64,000 nt of DNA from an uncultured Spirochaetaceae bacterium (GTDB taxonomy: Bacteria > Spirochaetota > Spirochaetia > Sphaerochaetales > Sphaerochaetaceae): the NCBI GenBank assembly GCA_944389295.1, contig CALXLV010000028.1, positions 16,504 through 80,503 on the forward strand, written 5' to 3'. The stretch's first letter is position 1; each line of letters begins with the position of its first letter. The notes under the pieces are model-generated. The model saw only the letters and a list, made by a program, of their open reading frames with translations. It ran no database searches and was not told where the DNA came from. Shown here in pieces: positions 54,522 to 64,000 of the stretch. Made by a program: the position numbers and the translations under genes.

Positions 54522-55357
54522 TGCAGGTAGCAGGAAAGAAAACAAAATGGATAGCGTTCATCTTCCTTCTCGCAGCGGCACTCTACACAATCTTCCCCAT
54601 CGCGGTAGTCGTGATGAACTCCTTCAAGTCGAGGCTCTTCATCTCCAACGCGCCGTTCGCGCTGCCTGACAGCCAGACATTCGTCGGGCTGACGAACTAC
54701 ACGCAGGGACTGATGAAAACCGGATTCTTCTCGGCATTCGGATACTCTCTGTGGATAACGCTCGCATCGGTGTTCTTCATCCTCCTCTGCACAAGCATGC
54801 TCGCATGGTACATCACGAGGGTGCACGGGAAAATAACGAGCATCATCTACTACCTCCTCACCTTCTCCATGATCGTTCCGTTCCAGATGGTGATGTTCAC
54901 GATGAGCAAGGAGGCGAACATGCTGGGAATAGACAATCCTGTAGGCATAGTGATCCTCTATGTCGGCTTCGGCTGCGGCATGGCCACTTTCATGTTCTCG
55001 GGCTTCATAAAGTCTATTCCCGTCGCCCTTGAGGAGGCCGCGATGATAGACGGAGCCAATCCTGTCAGGACGTTCTTCTCCGTCGTGCTTCCGATGCTCA
55101 AGAGCACTGCGATAACGATAGCGATACTCGAGACGATGTGGGTCTGGAACGACTACCTTATGCCCTATCTTACGATAGGAACCGAGTACAGGACGATTCC
55201 GGTGGCAGTACAGTATCTCAGAGGAGGCTACGGCTCCGTCGACATGGGAGCAATGATGGCCATGCTCTTTCTGGCGATGCTTCCTGTCATAGTATTCTAT
55301 CTCTTCTGCCAGAAATACATCATAAAGGGCGTGCTTGCGGGAGCAGTCAAGGGATGA
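54521..55357 (+). CDS. Carbohydrate ABC transporter permease (MalG/UgpE-like)
   Basis: EAA loop LEEAAMIDGANPVRTFFSVVLPM. The start overlaps the previous stop (TAATG). Confidence 0.85.
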   Translation: MQVAGKKTKWIAFIFLLAAALYTIFPIAVVVMNSFKSRLFISNAPFALPDSQTFVGLTNYTQGLMKTGFFSAFGYSLWITLASVFFILLCTSMLAWYITRVHGKITSIIYYLLTFSMIVPFQMVMFTMSKEANMLGIDNPVGIVILYVGFGCGMATFMFSGFIKSIPVALEEAAMIDGANPVRTFFSVVLPMLKSTAITIAILETMWVWNDYLMPYLTIGTEYRTIPVAVQYLRGGYGSVDMGAMMAMLFLAMLPVIVFYLFCQKYIIKGVLAGAVKG

Positions 55358-56370
55358 GGAAGCGGACAACCATTCAGGATATCGCGGAGAAGGCAGGATA
55401 CTCCAAAGCCGCCGTCTCCTTCGCCTTCAACGACCCCGCGAAGATCTCAAAGGAGGCGGGAGAGCGGATACGGAAAGTCGCGAAGGAGCTGGGATACATA
55501 CCCGACCCGATGGCGAGGAACTTCTCCCGCGGCCGCCATATGGCGCTCGGCTTCCTGCTTCCGCAGATGCTGCAGGAGTCGCTCCGCAATCCATATACGC
55601 AGAGCGTGATGAGGGGAATCGGGGAAGTCTGCCAGGAGCACGGCTACATGCTCACACTTATTCCTCCCATCCATGCATCGATATCCGAAGCGGTGAAGAA
55701 CGCCACCGTTGACGGCCTTATAACCTACGGCCTCACAATCGACGGGAAGATAAGGGACATACTCAGGATGAGGCGCATGCCTGTAGTCTCGATAGACGGA
55801 GAGAGCGATGACGAGATTCACTCCGTGGCGATAGACGACGAAGAGGCGGCAGCGCTACAGCTGAGGAAGGTTCTGGAGCTGGGCCATAGGCGCATTGCCG
55901 TGATCTCTCTTCCGGGAGATGCCTATGAGCCGTCCTGCATAGCACGGCGGCGCATGAAGGGATACGAGAAAGCCCTCGCTGAGTTCGGACTCTCCTCCGA
56001 TGCTGTCATCATAAGGGAGGCTCCCGCGACGTACCGGAGCGGAAGAGAGGCTGCGGCAGCGATTCTCTCAGAGAGCATGCCTACCTGCTTCGTGACAATG
56101 TCGGACGCCGTCGCTCTGGGCGTCGTGGATGAGCTCAAGAGCCGCGGGCTGAGAGCCGGAGATGATATCTCCGTAATAGGCTTCGACGGAATAGAAGATG
56201 ACAGCTTCCAGGGAGCCGGCCTTTCAACGATAGTCCAGAACGGCGAGGAAAAAGGAATGAGAAGCGCAGGGATACTCTTTGCGATGATCGACGGCAGCGA
56301 CGTGCCGCTTACCACTCTCATCCCCTACTCGTACAGGGAGGGGAGAACACTGAAGGAGATGAAAGGATGA
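55354..56370 (+). CDS. LacI-family transcriptional regulator
   Basis: The ATG at 55354 overlaps the permease stop (ATGA). N-terminal HTH TIQDIAEKAGYSKAAVSFAFN, followed by a periplasmic-binding-protein-like fold. Confidence 0.9.
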   Translation: MRKRTTIQDIAEKAGYSKAAVSFAFNDPAKISKEAGERIRKVAKELGYIPDPMARNFSRGRHMALGFLLPQMLQESLRNPYTQSVMRGIGEVCQEHGYMLTLIPPIHASISEAVKNATVDGLITYGLTIDGKIRDILRMRRMPVVSIDGESDDEIHSVAIDDEEAAALQLRKVLELGHRRIAVISLPGDAYEPSCIARRRMKGYEKALAEFGLSSDAVIIREAPATYRSGREAAAAILSESMPTCFVTMSDAVALGVVDELKSRGLRAGDDISVIGFDGIEDDSFQGAGLSTIVQNGEEKGMRSAGILFAMIDGSDVPLTTLIPYSYREGRTLKEMKG

Positions 56371-57902
56371 ACATAAGCGGAAAGAGGGAGGCGGGAATCC
56401 TCCTCCATATAACCTCGCTGCCTTCTGAGTTCGGAATCGGCAATCTCGGACCGGAAGCATACCACATGGCAGACCTCATCGCCTCCTCCGGAGCGACGCT
56501 GTGGCAGCTCCTGCCGCTCGGACCGACTGGATACGGCAACAGCCCTTATGCACAGAGAAGCGCGTTTGCGGGAAATGAGATGCTGCTCTCCCCCGAGCTT
56601 CTCTACAGGGACGGCTATCTTGCGAAGGAGGACCTCCTCCACCCCGCATTTCCCGACTCCCGCGTCGATTTCCAGCGCGTCTCAGAGTGGAAAATGCCGC
56701 GTCTCAGAAAGGCTGCGGAGAAAGCCCTCTCGCAAGAGAAGGATGGAATAGAACAATTCAGGGAAAAAGAACGTTTCTGGCTTGATGACTACGCGCTCTT
56801 CATGACGCTCTGCGATGAATACAGGGATGCGCGGTGGCACACCGTCTGGCCGCATGATGAAGGATACAGGGACAGCGATGCGCTCGAGAGAGTAAGGCGT
56901 GAGAAGCGCCGCGAGATCGATATATACATCGCTCTGCAGTATCTCTTCGACAAGGAGATGAAGGCGCTTCTCTCCTATACGCGCTCAAAGGGACTCCGTC
57001 TCATCGGGGACATACCGATCTTCGCAGGCGCCGACAGCGCAGACACATGGTCGCATCCCGAACTCTTCAAGACAGGCCCGGACGGCCGCTACAGCGCAGT
57101 CTCCGGCGTACCGCCGGACAACTTCTCCGCAACGGGACAGCTGTGGGGGAATCCTGTCTATGAGTGGAAGGAGCATGAGAGAACGGATTTCGAGTGGTGG
57201 AAGGCGCGCGTCAGACGCTGTCTGGAGCTCACTGACATACTCCGCATAGACCACTTCCGCGGTTTCGATGCCTACTATGAGATAAAGGCTTCGGCAGCTA
57301 CGGCGGAACACGGCGTGTGGAAGAAATCTCCGGGAAAGAAGTTCTTCACTTCCCTTGAGAAAGAGATGGGCAGAATTCCTATTATAGCCGAGGACCTCGG
57401 CTGGATGACTCCGTCTGTATCGGCGCTGAGGGACAGATTCGGATTCCCCGGGATGAAGATAGCCCAGTTCGGCTTCTCATGGGACAGAAACGGCGATCTC
57501 AACACCTACGACGACTTTCTCCCCCACAACTACACCCGTCAGTTCGTGGCCTACACAGGAACTCACGACAACGACACTGTGCGGGGCTGGTATGAGAAGC
57601 TGACGCCGATCGAGAAGCACCATGTCAGGGAGTACCTCGCCTCTCCTGATGAGGAGATTGTATGGGCGCTGATCCGCAGCGTGATGATGTCCAATGCAGA
57701 TACCGCGATCTTCCCGATGCAGGACATACTCGAGCTCGGAACAGAGGCGAGGATGAACTATCCCTCCACATGCAATGACACCAACTGGTCATGGAGAATG
57801 GAGGAAGGAAGTTTCAACGGATACAGAGCCGGAAGATTCCGCCATCTTGCGAGGATATCAGGACGCAACGGAAAGACGTGGGAAGAGCATAACAGGGAGT
57901 GA
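56367..57902 (+). CDS. malQ: 4-alpha-glucanotransferase (amylomaltase, GH77)
   Basis: N-terminus GILLHITSLPSEFGIGNLG, then LRIDHFRGF, IIAEDLG and YTGTHDNDT, the conserved GH77 blocks. Confidence 0.9.
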   Translation: MNISGKREAGILLHITSLPSEFGIGNLGPEAYHMADLIASSGATLWQLLPLGPTGYGNSPYAQRSAFAGNEMLLSPELLYRDGYLAKEDLLHPAFPDSRVDFQRVSEWKMPRLRKAAEKALSQEKDGIEQFREKERFWLDDYALFMTLCDEYRDARWHTVWPHDEGYRDSDALERVRREKRREIDIYIALQYLFDKEMKALLSYTRSKGLRLIGDIPIFAGADSADTWSHPELFKTGPDGRYSAVSGVPPDNFSATGQLWGNPVYEWKEHERTDFEWWKARVRRCLELTDILRIDHFRGFDAYYEIKASAATAEHGVWKKSPGKKFFTSLEKEMGRIPIIAEDLGWMTPSVSALRDRFGFPGMKIAQFGFSWDRNGDLNTYDDFLPHNYTRQFVAYTGTHDNDTVRGWYEKLTPIEKHHVREYLASPDEEIVWALIRSVMMSNADTAIFPMQDILELGTEARMNYPSTCNDTNWSWRMEEGSFNGYRAGRFRHLARISGRNGKTWEEHNRE

Positions 57903-57911
57903 AATGCGTAT

Positions 57912-57940
57912 GCCGGGTATTTTCGGCAATACCCGGCTTT
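57912..57940 (+). terminator. Rho-independent terminator after malQ
   Basis: GCCGGGTATT-TTCGGC-AATACCCGGC followed by TTTCTCTC. Confidence 0.75.
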
Positions 57941-57943
57941 CTC

Positions 57944-59113
57944 TCAGGAGTTCTTTCTTCCCGTCACCACTTTTATGATCATCAGGAGAACCATTATTCC
58001 CAGCGCCGCCGATATCGTCGCGATGCCTCCGTGTATTCCAGCATTCTCCGCAACCGCGCCTACGATCGCAGGCATTATGATCGCACCGACCGTTGCCGTT
58101 CCGATGCAGATTCCGGTGGCGACTGTCGAACTTGTGTATCTCTTCTCCATCGTCGAGAGCGTCGTGGGATAGATTCCGCTCATCGAGACGCCTACTCCAA
58201 GGACCGCGAGCGCAATAACAATAGGAGAAGATGCGGAGATCATAAGGACAAAGAAGCCTGTCATCAGAAGGCCGAGGATGAGAATGAGGATATTCCTGTT
58301 CACCTTTGCGGATATCACAGCGCAGACAAGGCGGCCCGCAAGTATCATTATCCAAAGGATTGACTGCATCGCAGTCGAGATGGCATCCGGGAATATTCCG
58401 GCATCCTGAAAATAAGTGACAAGCCAGCCGATGAGGGATGCCTCCGCGCAGAGGTAGAAGAACATCACGAAGGTGTTGAGCCAGAACCCAAGGCTTTTCG
58501 GAATGCCGGCCTCACCTTTTTTTCTCTCAGGGCGTGAGGAAGATAGCCGGCTGAGAATGATGAGGACAAGGGCAAGGAGCATGACGGCTGCAACTGCCCA
58601 TGGCGCGAGGCGCCACGAGACTGTAATGGCAGCGATCGTGATGAAGGGAGCGATGAAAGCCCCGACGGCGAACGAAGCATGAAGGAGATTGAGCCCTGCA
58701 GCCTTGTTCTCGGCAGTCTCCCCCACTACGACATTAGTGATGTTGCTCATCGTGCCGCGCCCTATTCCCGTCAGCGCGAAGGCGATGAAGAGCAGGAAAG
58801 GATTGCCGGTGAGCGTCATCAGCAGCAGGCCGAGGACTATCCCCGAACCGAGAATAACCGTACTTTTTTTCCTCCCGATGAGATAAGGTATGTACCCCGC
58901 CGCGATCACAGCGAGAAGATTGCCTATCTGATGCGCGGAAAGGAGCACGCCGCGGAAGGCGTAGTCGAGGTTGTATGAATCTCCCATCTCGGGAAGTACC
59001 GCTCCGAGCAGCGTGCTCATCATCCCCGATGAAAAGAAAATGAAATAGATTCTGTAAAGAAGCCCCCGGTTCTCCCTGCGGACACCGAGGAAAGAGCCTA
59101 AAGAGAACATCAT
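57944..59113 (-). CDS. MFS transporter (sugar/FucP-like)
   Basis: 389 aa and 12 predicted TM helices, with the conserved loop GRKKSTVILG between TM2 and TM3. Confidence 0.75.
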   Translation of the reverse strand: MMFSLGSFLGVRRENRGLLYRIYFIFFSSGMMSTLLGAVLPEMGDSYNLDYAFRGVLLSAHQIGNLLAVIAAGYIPYLIGRKKSTVILGSGIVLGLLLMTLTGNPFLLFIAFALTGIGRGTMSNITNVVVGETAENKAAGLNLLHASFAVGAFIAPFITIAAITVSWRLAPWAVAAVMLLALVLIILSRLSSSRPERKKGEAGIPKSLGFWLNTFVMFFYLCAEASLIGWLVTYFQDAGIFPDAISTAMQSILWIMILAGRLVCAVISAKVNRNILILILGLLMTGFFVLMISASSPIVIALAVLGVGVSMSGIYPTTLSTMEKRYTSSTVATGICIGTATVGAIIMPAIVGAVAENAGIHGGIATISAALGIMVLLMIIKVVTGRKNS

Positions 59114-59196
59114 TCCTCCGTTTATGAAACAACAGATGGATTATATTCCTTCATCGATTCAGTGCAAGAGAGTATAGTGACAGTGGAGGGAATAAA

Positions 59197-61038
59197 ATGA
59201 AGGTCTCTGAGTATCTGAAAACGAGAAGATATCCCGGAAGGATAATCGGCATGGGAAGGAATGCGGATGGTAAGAGCGTGATTCTCTATGCGGTCATGGG
59301 CAGAAGCACAGGATCGCGGAACAGAATACTCTCGCTCTCGGGAAACACTCTGAGAACGCTGCCTTTTGATAACACAGGCACAGGAGACGAATCCCTCACG
59401 CTTTATACCGCCGCGGAGAAGGACAGAAGCATGACCGTGGTCGCCAACGGAAGGCATCTGGAGAGTGTGCGGGATGCACTGCTGGAAGGCAAAAGCCTTC
59501 TTGATGCACTTAATTCATGCACATACGAACCTGACGAGCCCGCATTCACACCGCGCATCGCAGGCGTAATGAGAGAAGACGGAGAATATACGCTCGGCAT
59601 TGTCCGCAGAGGAGACGGCGGCAGAACGGAGAGGGAGACTTTCAAATATCCTCCGGAAAATGGAAGAGTGCATCTCATACACACCTACTCAGATGATGCT
59701 GATCCCCTTCCCTCCTTCCGCGGATGCCCGGAGATGCTGGAGATGGAGGGAGGAAGCCTCGATGAGGCCGCTGCAGCGATCTGGAACAGCCTGGACAGCG
59801 GAAACCGCGTCTCGCTCTACATCGCAGTCGGAGATGAGGAGAAGATAATCAACCGCAATGAGATAAAGGAGACGATACCACTGAAATATGGGCTGAATCC
59901 GAACCAGCAGAAGGCGTCGATCTCGATAATCGGAAGGCATCTTCCCATCAGGGTTCTCAACGGGCGCCCTGGATATATAAACTTCATGGATGCCCTCAAC
60001 GGCTACCAGCTTGTAAAGGAGCTGAAAGAGGTGCTCGGAATGGAGGCTGCGGCATCTTTCAAGCATGTCTCTCCCTCGGGAGCCGCGGTGGCAGTTCCTC
60101 TCTCTGACGATGAGAGAAGGATGTATTTTGTGAAGGATGGAGAGGAGCTTTCAGAAACCGCAGTAAGCTACATCAGAGCCAGAGGAACCGACAGAATGTC
60201 ATCATTCGGGGACTTCATCGCGCTCTCAGATATCTGCGATGAGACAACGGCCAGAGTGATAAAGAAGGAGGTCTCCGACGGCATAATAGCTCCGGGCTAC
60301 ACTCCGGAGGCGCTCTCCATTCTCAGAAGCAAGAAGAAGGGAAATTATCCTGTGATCTCGATCGATCCCGATTACATTCCCGGAGAGATGGAGATGCGCG
60401 CGCTCTTCGGCATGACGCTTGAGGAGGCGAGGAACAGCTGGCTCCCCGATGAGAAAACCTTCGAGAATATCGTCACCAGAAACCGTGAGCTTCCCCCTGA
60501 GGCCGTGCGTGATCTCACAGTCGCCCTTCTGACGCTCAAATACACGCAGTCCAACTCCGTATGCTGTGCCTTCCGCGGACAGACGATAGGAGTCGGAGCG
60601 GGACAGCAGTCAAGGATACACTGCACGCGGCTTGCGGGAGACAAGGCCGACAGATGGAACCTGAGAAGATCAGAGAAAGTACTCTCTCTCCCCTTCAGGA
60701 AGGATCTCTCAAGAAACGACAGGGACAATGTGATCGAGCAGTATCTCTCAGATTATCCCGAAACAGATGTTACGGAAAAATGGGAAGAGTATTTCAAGGA
60801 GAAGCCTGAGAAGATGAGTGCGGAGGAGAAGAGAACAATTCTCTCCGGAATCAGCGGCATATCGCTCGCCTCGGATGCGTTTTTCCCGTTCGGAGACAAT
60901 ATCATAAGGGCGGAGCGTTCAGGAGTGTCCTGCATAGCTCAGCCCGGAGGCTCTGTGCGCGACGATGCTGTCATAGCCGAGGCTGACAGGGCCGGAATCA
61001 CGATGGTGTTCACAGGGACAAGGCTCTTCCACCACTGA
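59197..61038 (+). CDS. Fusion of PurO-type IMP cyclohydrolase domain with AICAR formyltransferase domain
   Basis: The N-terminal approximately 200 aa ([32 protein letters not shown]) resemble archaeal-type PurO. The remainder has AICARFT blocks ([37 protein letters not shown]). Confidence 0.7.
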   Translation: MKVSEYLKTRRYPGRIIGMGRNADGKSVILYAVMGRSTGSRNRILSLSGNTLRTLPFDNTGTGDESLTLYTAAEKDRSMTVVANGRHLESVRDALLEGKSLLDALNSCTYEPDEPAFTPRIAGVMREDGEYTLGIVRRGDGGRTERETFKYPPENGRVHLIHTYSDDADPLPSFRGCPEMLEMEGGSLDEAAAAIWNSLDSGNRVSLYIAVGDEEKIINRNEIKETIPLKYGLNPNQQKASISIIGRHLPIRVLNGRPGYINFMDALNGYQLVKELKEVLGMEAAASFKHVSPSGAAVAVPLSDDERRMYFVKDGEELSETAVSYIRARGTDRMSSFGDFIALSDICDETTARVIKKEVSDGIIAPGYTPEALSILRSKKKGNYPVISIDPDYIPGEMEMRALFGMTLEEARNSWLPDEKTFENIVTRNRELPPEAVRDLTVALLTLKYTQSNSVCCAFRGQTIGVGAGQQSRIHCTRLAGDKADRWNLRRSEKVLSLPFRKDLSRNDRDNVIEQYLSDYPETDVTEKWEEYFKEKPEKMSAEEKRTILSGISGISLASDAFFPFGDNIIRAERSGVSCIAQPGGSVRDDAVIAEADRAGITMVFTGTRLFHH

Positions 61039-61059
61039 GAGCGGAAAAGCCATTATCTC

Positions 61060-61752
61060 TCAGTTCTGTCCGTAGTACGCGTTCTTTCCGTGCTTTCTGA
61101 GGTAGTGCTTGTCCAAAAGCGTCTGCTGCATGGGCTGCAGGGAGGGATTGAGCATGCGGGCATGGAAGGCCATGAACGCGACCTCCTCGAGCACAACAGC
61201 GTTATGGACTGCCTCCTCGGGACTCCTGCCCCACGCGAACGGGCCGTGCGAGTTCACAAGCACGGCGGGGATCTCATCGGGAGAGATACCGCGGAATGTC
61301 TCTATTATCACATTGCCGGTCTCCTTCTCGTACTCCCCTTCTATCTCTGCAGATGTCATGCGCCTCGTGCAGGGAATCTTCCCGTAGAAGTAATCTCCCT
61401 GCGTAGTTCCATACGCCTCTATGCCGACGCCTGCCTGAGCAAACGACGTAGCCCACCTCGAATGAGTATGAACAACGCCCCCGATTCCCTTAAACGCGTT
61501 GTAAAGCTGGACATGCGTGGGCGTGTCGGAGGAAGGCTTCCACCTTCCCTCAACCCTCTCGCCTGTCTCAAGTGAGACAACAACCATATCATCGGGGGAC
61601 ATTCCGTCATAATCCACGCCGCTGGGCTTAATGACCATCAGCCCCTTCTCCCTGTCCACTCCGGAGACATTTCCCCATGTAAATGTGACAAGGCCATGCG
61701 CAGGCAGGGCAAGATTAGCCCTGCACACCTTCTCTTTCAGTTCTTCAAGCAT
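61060..61752 (-). CDS. araD: L-ribulose-5-phosphate 4-epimerase (class II aldolase fold)
   Basis: 230 aa. Motifs [30 protein letters not shown] and VVHTHS are highly conserved AraD blocks. Confidence 0.9.
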   Translation of the reverse strand: MLEELKEKVCRANLALPAHGLVTFTWGNVSGVDREKGLMVIKPSGVDYDGMSPDDMVVVSLETGERVEGRWKPSSDTPTHVQLYNAFKGIGGVVHTHSRWATSFAQAGVGIEAYGTTQGDYFYGKIPCTRRMTSAEIEGEYEKETGNVIIETFRGISPDEIPAVLVNSHGPFAWGRSPEEAVHNAVVLEEVAFMAFHARMLNPSLQPMQQTLLDKHYLRKHGKNAYYGQN

Positions 61753-61800
61753 ATTACCATCCCATACCCTATTCCCGGGAAACCGGGGACAGAGCCACTC

Positions 61801-63357
61801 TCAGAAACATTCTATCGCAGCTTTCTCTACAGGGAGACCTTTGAGGAATCTCTCAAGATAGGCCTTGAAGCCGGCAGCCTCGCTCTCGACAGGCTGCATC
61901 TCAGTACTCTCGGCTCCCGCGAATACACGTTTGTCGAGAAAATCGCCGAGCGTTTCTCCCTTCCCTTCCGCCCTGTATGCTGCAAGGAGAGCCATTCCGT
62001 ACGGGCCTCCCTCGCCTGCCGTTTTCATCGTCGATACAGGCGCGGATACAGCCGAGGCAAGGTATTTCTGACCTGTCACAGGATGGCGGAAGAGGCCGCC
62101 ATGGCCCATGAGACGATCTATCGCCACGCCTTCGGCTGCGAGGATATCCATTCCGTAGGCAAGAGTCGCAAGCGATGAGTAGAGATGCGCGCGCACGAAA
62201 TCAGCGAGCTTCATCGGCCTGTCAGGACGTCTCACGATCACAGGGCGTCCATCATCAAAGCCGGTGACGGGCTCTCCCGATATGTAATTGTAGACAGTGA
62301 CCCCGCCGCAGTCTGCCTCTCCTTCAAGGCTCTTTCTGTAAAGGCGTCCGTAAAGCTCATCGATATCGTCATTCCCGTCCATCAGCATCACCGCTTCATG
62401 CATGAGGCTCACCCATGCGTTCATGTCCGATGTACAGTTGTTGCAGTGAACCATCGCGACAGGCTTGCCGTCGGGAGTTGTGACCATATCTATCTCCTTA
62501 TGGACGGATGAGAGCATTTTCTCAAGCACGACCATGGAGAAGATCGAGGTGCCTGCAGAGACATTGCCGGTACGTTCCTTCACGGAATTTGTGGCTGTCA
62601 TCCCCGTTCCGGCATCTCCCTCGGGAGGAGCCATCTGGATGCCGCTCTCAAGATCGCCTTCGGGATCGAGGAGCTTCGCGCCCTCCGCTGTGAGTGAACC
62701 GGCCTCTGCTCCGGCAGGAAGGACTTCCGGCAGAACCGCGAGGATATCGATGCCGGTAAGCGCCCTGAATTTCTCCGCCATTCCGGCGTCGTAGTCGCAT
62801 GCGGACGAGTCAATGGGGAACATTCCGGAGGCATCCCCTACGCCGAGCACCTTTCGACCGGTAAGACAGCTGTGGACATAACCTGCAAGCGTCGTGAGAT
62901 GGGCAATCTTTCCAGTGTGCTCCTCTCCGTTAAGGACCGCCTGGTAGAGATGGGCGATGCTCCATCGCTGCGGGATGTTGAACGAGAAGAGTTCCGTCAG
63001 CCTCTCCGCCGCCTCAGCTGTAGTGGTGTTGCGCCATGTGCGGAACGCTGCAAGCTGCCTGCCGTCCGCGTCGAAGGGAAGATAGCCGTGCATCATAGCG
63101 GAGACGCCCATTGCCGCTGCGCGCTTCAGCGTAACCCCGTACTTTTCCTTCACGTCTTTTTTGAGCGCTGCATAACAGCTCTGCAGTCCTTTCCAGACAT
63201 CTTCCATAGAGTATGTCCAGTGGCTGCCGTCGAAGCTGTCACCCCATGTGAATCCGCCGGATGCCGCCGGAACGAAATCCGGCCCGATGAGAACGGCCTT
63301 TATTCTTGTCGATCCCAGCTCTATGCCGAGAAAGCACGACTCCTGTTCAAACTTCAT
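61801..63357 (-). CDS. FGGY-family pentulose kinase (probable ribulokinase)
   Basis: N-terminal LGIELGSTRIKAVL actin-fold phosphate-1 motif. 518 aa, directly upstream of araD. Confidence 0.7.
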   Translation of the reverse strand: MKFEQESCFLGIELGSTRIKAVLIGPDFVPAASGGFTWGDSFDGSHWTYSMEDVWKGLQSCYAALKKDVKEKYGVTLKRAAAMGVSAMMHGYLPFDADGRQLAAFRTWRNTTTAEAAERLTELFSFNIPQRWSIAHLYQAVLNGEEHTGKIAHLTTLAGYVHSCLTGRKVLGVGDASGMFPIDSSACDYDAGMAEKFRALTGIDILAVLPEVLPAGAEAGSLTAEGAKLLDPEGDLESGIQMAPPEGDAGTGMTATNSVKERTGNVSAGTSIFSMVVLEKMLSSVHKEIDMVTTPDGKPVAMVHCNNCTSDMNAWVSLMHEAVMLMDGNDDIDELYGRLYRKSLEGEADCGGVTVYNYISGEPVTGFDDGRPVIVRRPDRPMKLADFVRAHLYSSLATLAYGMDILAAEGVAIDRLMGHGGLFRHPVTGQKYLASAVSAPVSTMKTAGEGGPYGMALLAAYRAEGKGETLGDFLDKRVFAGAESTEMQPVESEAAGFKAYLERFLKGLPVEKAAIECF

Positions 63358-63367
63358 GATACTACCC

Positions 63368-64000
63368 TCATGACCTGCTCCGCTTGCGGAGAAGGACGAT
63401 GGACTGGACGACGAGGAAGATGCATATCATCACCGCAACGGTGATGTTAGTCCACCACGCATCATCAAGTCCAAGAAGCGTTACTATGTTCTTTATCGTG
63501 CTGAGAGACAGCACTCCGAAGAACGTTCCTACGATGTTTCCGACACCGCCTGTGAGCATTGTTCCGCCGATGATGGATGAGGCTATGGCGTTCATCTCAG
63601 CTCCTGTGGCATGCGACGGCGCGCCTGAGCCCACATGGAGAAAGTAGACGAAACCGCCGATGCCTGCAAGGAGGCCGCAGAGAAGATGCGCTGCGAATCT
63701 TGTCCTTCTGACGTTGATTCCAAGCATATTCGCACTCTGCGAGTTGCCGCCGACAGCATAGAAGCTGCGGCCGAGCCTGGTCCATCTGAGCAGGATGAAA
63801 AGAAGGATGACGGTGACGATCGCGACGATGACACCTATCTCAACATACGCCGGCACGAACTTGCCGAGCTTGTTGACCGAACCGAGGAACGGGATGTAGA
63901 CGCGCGTGTTCTTCAGTGCGAGGAAAGCCTCGTTCTGAACATTAAACTGAGTCGAATTGACGATCGTCGTCATGCCCTTGGCGAAGAACATTCCCGCAAG
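63368..64000 (-). CDS. Partial sugar ABC transporter permease (RbsC/AraH-like), N-terminus beyond the window
   Basis: The frame stays open to the window edge. The C-terminal block IASSIIGGTMLTGGVGNIVGTFFGVL is typical of the family. Confidence 0.75.
   Translation of the reverse strand, partial: LAGMFFAKGMTTIVNSTQFNVQNEAFLALKNTRVYIPFLGSVNKLGKFVPAYVEIGVIVAIVTVILLFILLRWTRLGRSFYAVGGNSQSANMLGINVRRTRFAAHLLCGLLAGIGGFVYFLHVGSGAPSHATGAEMNAIASSIIGGTMLTGGVGNIVGTFFGVLSLSTIKNIVTLLGLDDAWWTNITVAVMICIFLVVQSIVLLRKRSRS

Noticed and set aside
53685-55369. Two long minus-strand ORFs (286 and 322 aa)
   Set aside because: They are antisense to the two ABC permease genes, which have EAA loops. They are rich in R/E/H/Y/D with no hydrophobic core pattern.
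1-64000. Search for tRNA, rRNA, riboswitch-like leaders and cas genes
   Set aside because: No intergenic gap shows cloverleaf or rRNA-like sequence. The longest non-coding stretch (10244-10757) is explained by the CRISPR array and a promoter. No ORF has Cas-like motifs. Covariance-model scans would be needed to exclude small ncRNAs.

Overview
This 64 kb chromosomal window comes from an anaerobe. Gene content (MMPL exporter, Wzi-like outer-membrane proteins, InlB-type B-repeat protein, many TctABC transporters) loosely suggests a spirochaete such as Treponema or Sphaerochaeta, but that is a low-confidence guess. All calls come from reading the six-frame ORF track and the DNA by eye, with no database search. 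Family names are motif-level recognition, and many start codons were re-picked from RBS context.

Layout:
- 1-8.8 kb: envelope/glycolipid cluster with a partial lipid glycosyltransferase, an MMPL exporter, two tandem Wzi-like barrel paralogues, a GT4 and another secreted protein.
- 8.9-10.2 kb: yhhQ overlapping a small radical-SAM gene.
- 10.37-10.58 kb: an orphan mini-CRISPR array (28-nt repeat, 33-nt spacers). No cas gene is present anywhere in the window.
- 10.7-21.9 kb: mixed housekeeping and accessory genes. These are a PpiD-like chaperone, an AI-2E transporter, two fold-type-II PLP enzymes, a class-II-like Fic gene bracketed by two copies of one 33-nt palindrome, and a GrpB-cytidine deaminase fusion.
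- 22-41.9 kb: a minus-strand carboxylate/sugar-acid catabolic island of three modules. Two are sigma-54/PrpR-type-activator-controlled TctABC modules. The central one is GntR-controlled and encodes split transketolase, Fe-ADH, a LarA-type (nickel-pincer) enzyme and a TIM-barrel isomerase.
- 42.5-43.9 kb: an IS3-family element with an A8 frameshift site, inserted in the loop of a terminator hairpin.
- 44-64 kb: MarR plus a heterodimeric ABC exporter, an orphan Na+-decarboxylase beta subunit with an unannotated 38-aa peptide, an ArsR/HMA/P1B-ATPase metal module, a LacI/CUT1-ABC/MalQ module, an MFS transporter, a PurO-AICARFT fusion, and araD, an FGGY kinase and a sugar ABC permease.

The most interesting candidates are the cas-less mini-array, the LarA-containing operon and its sigma-54 TTT neighbours, and the palindrome-bracketed fic cassette.
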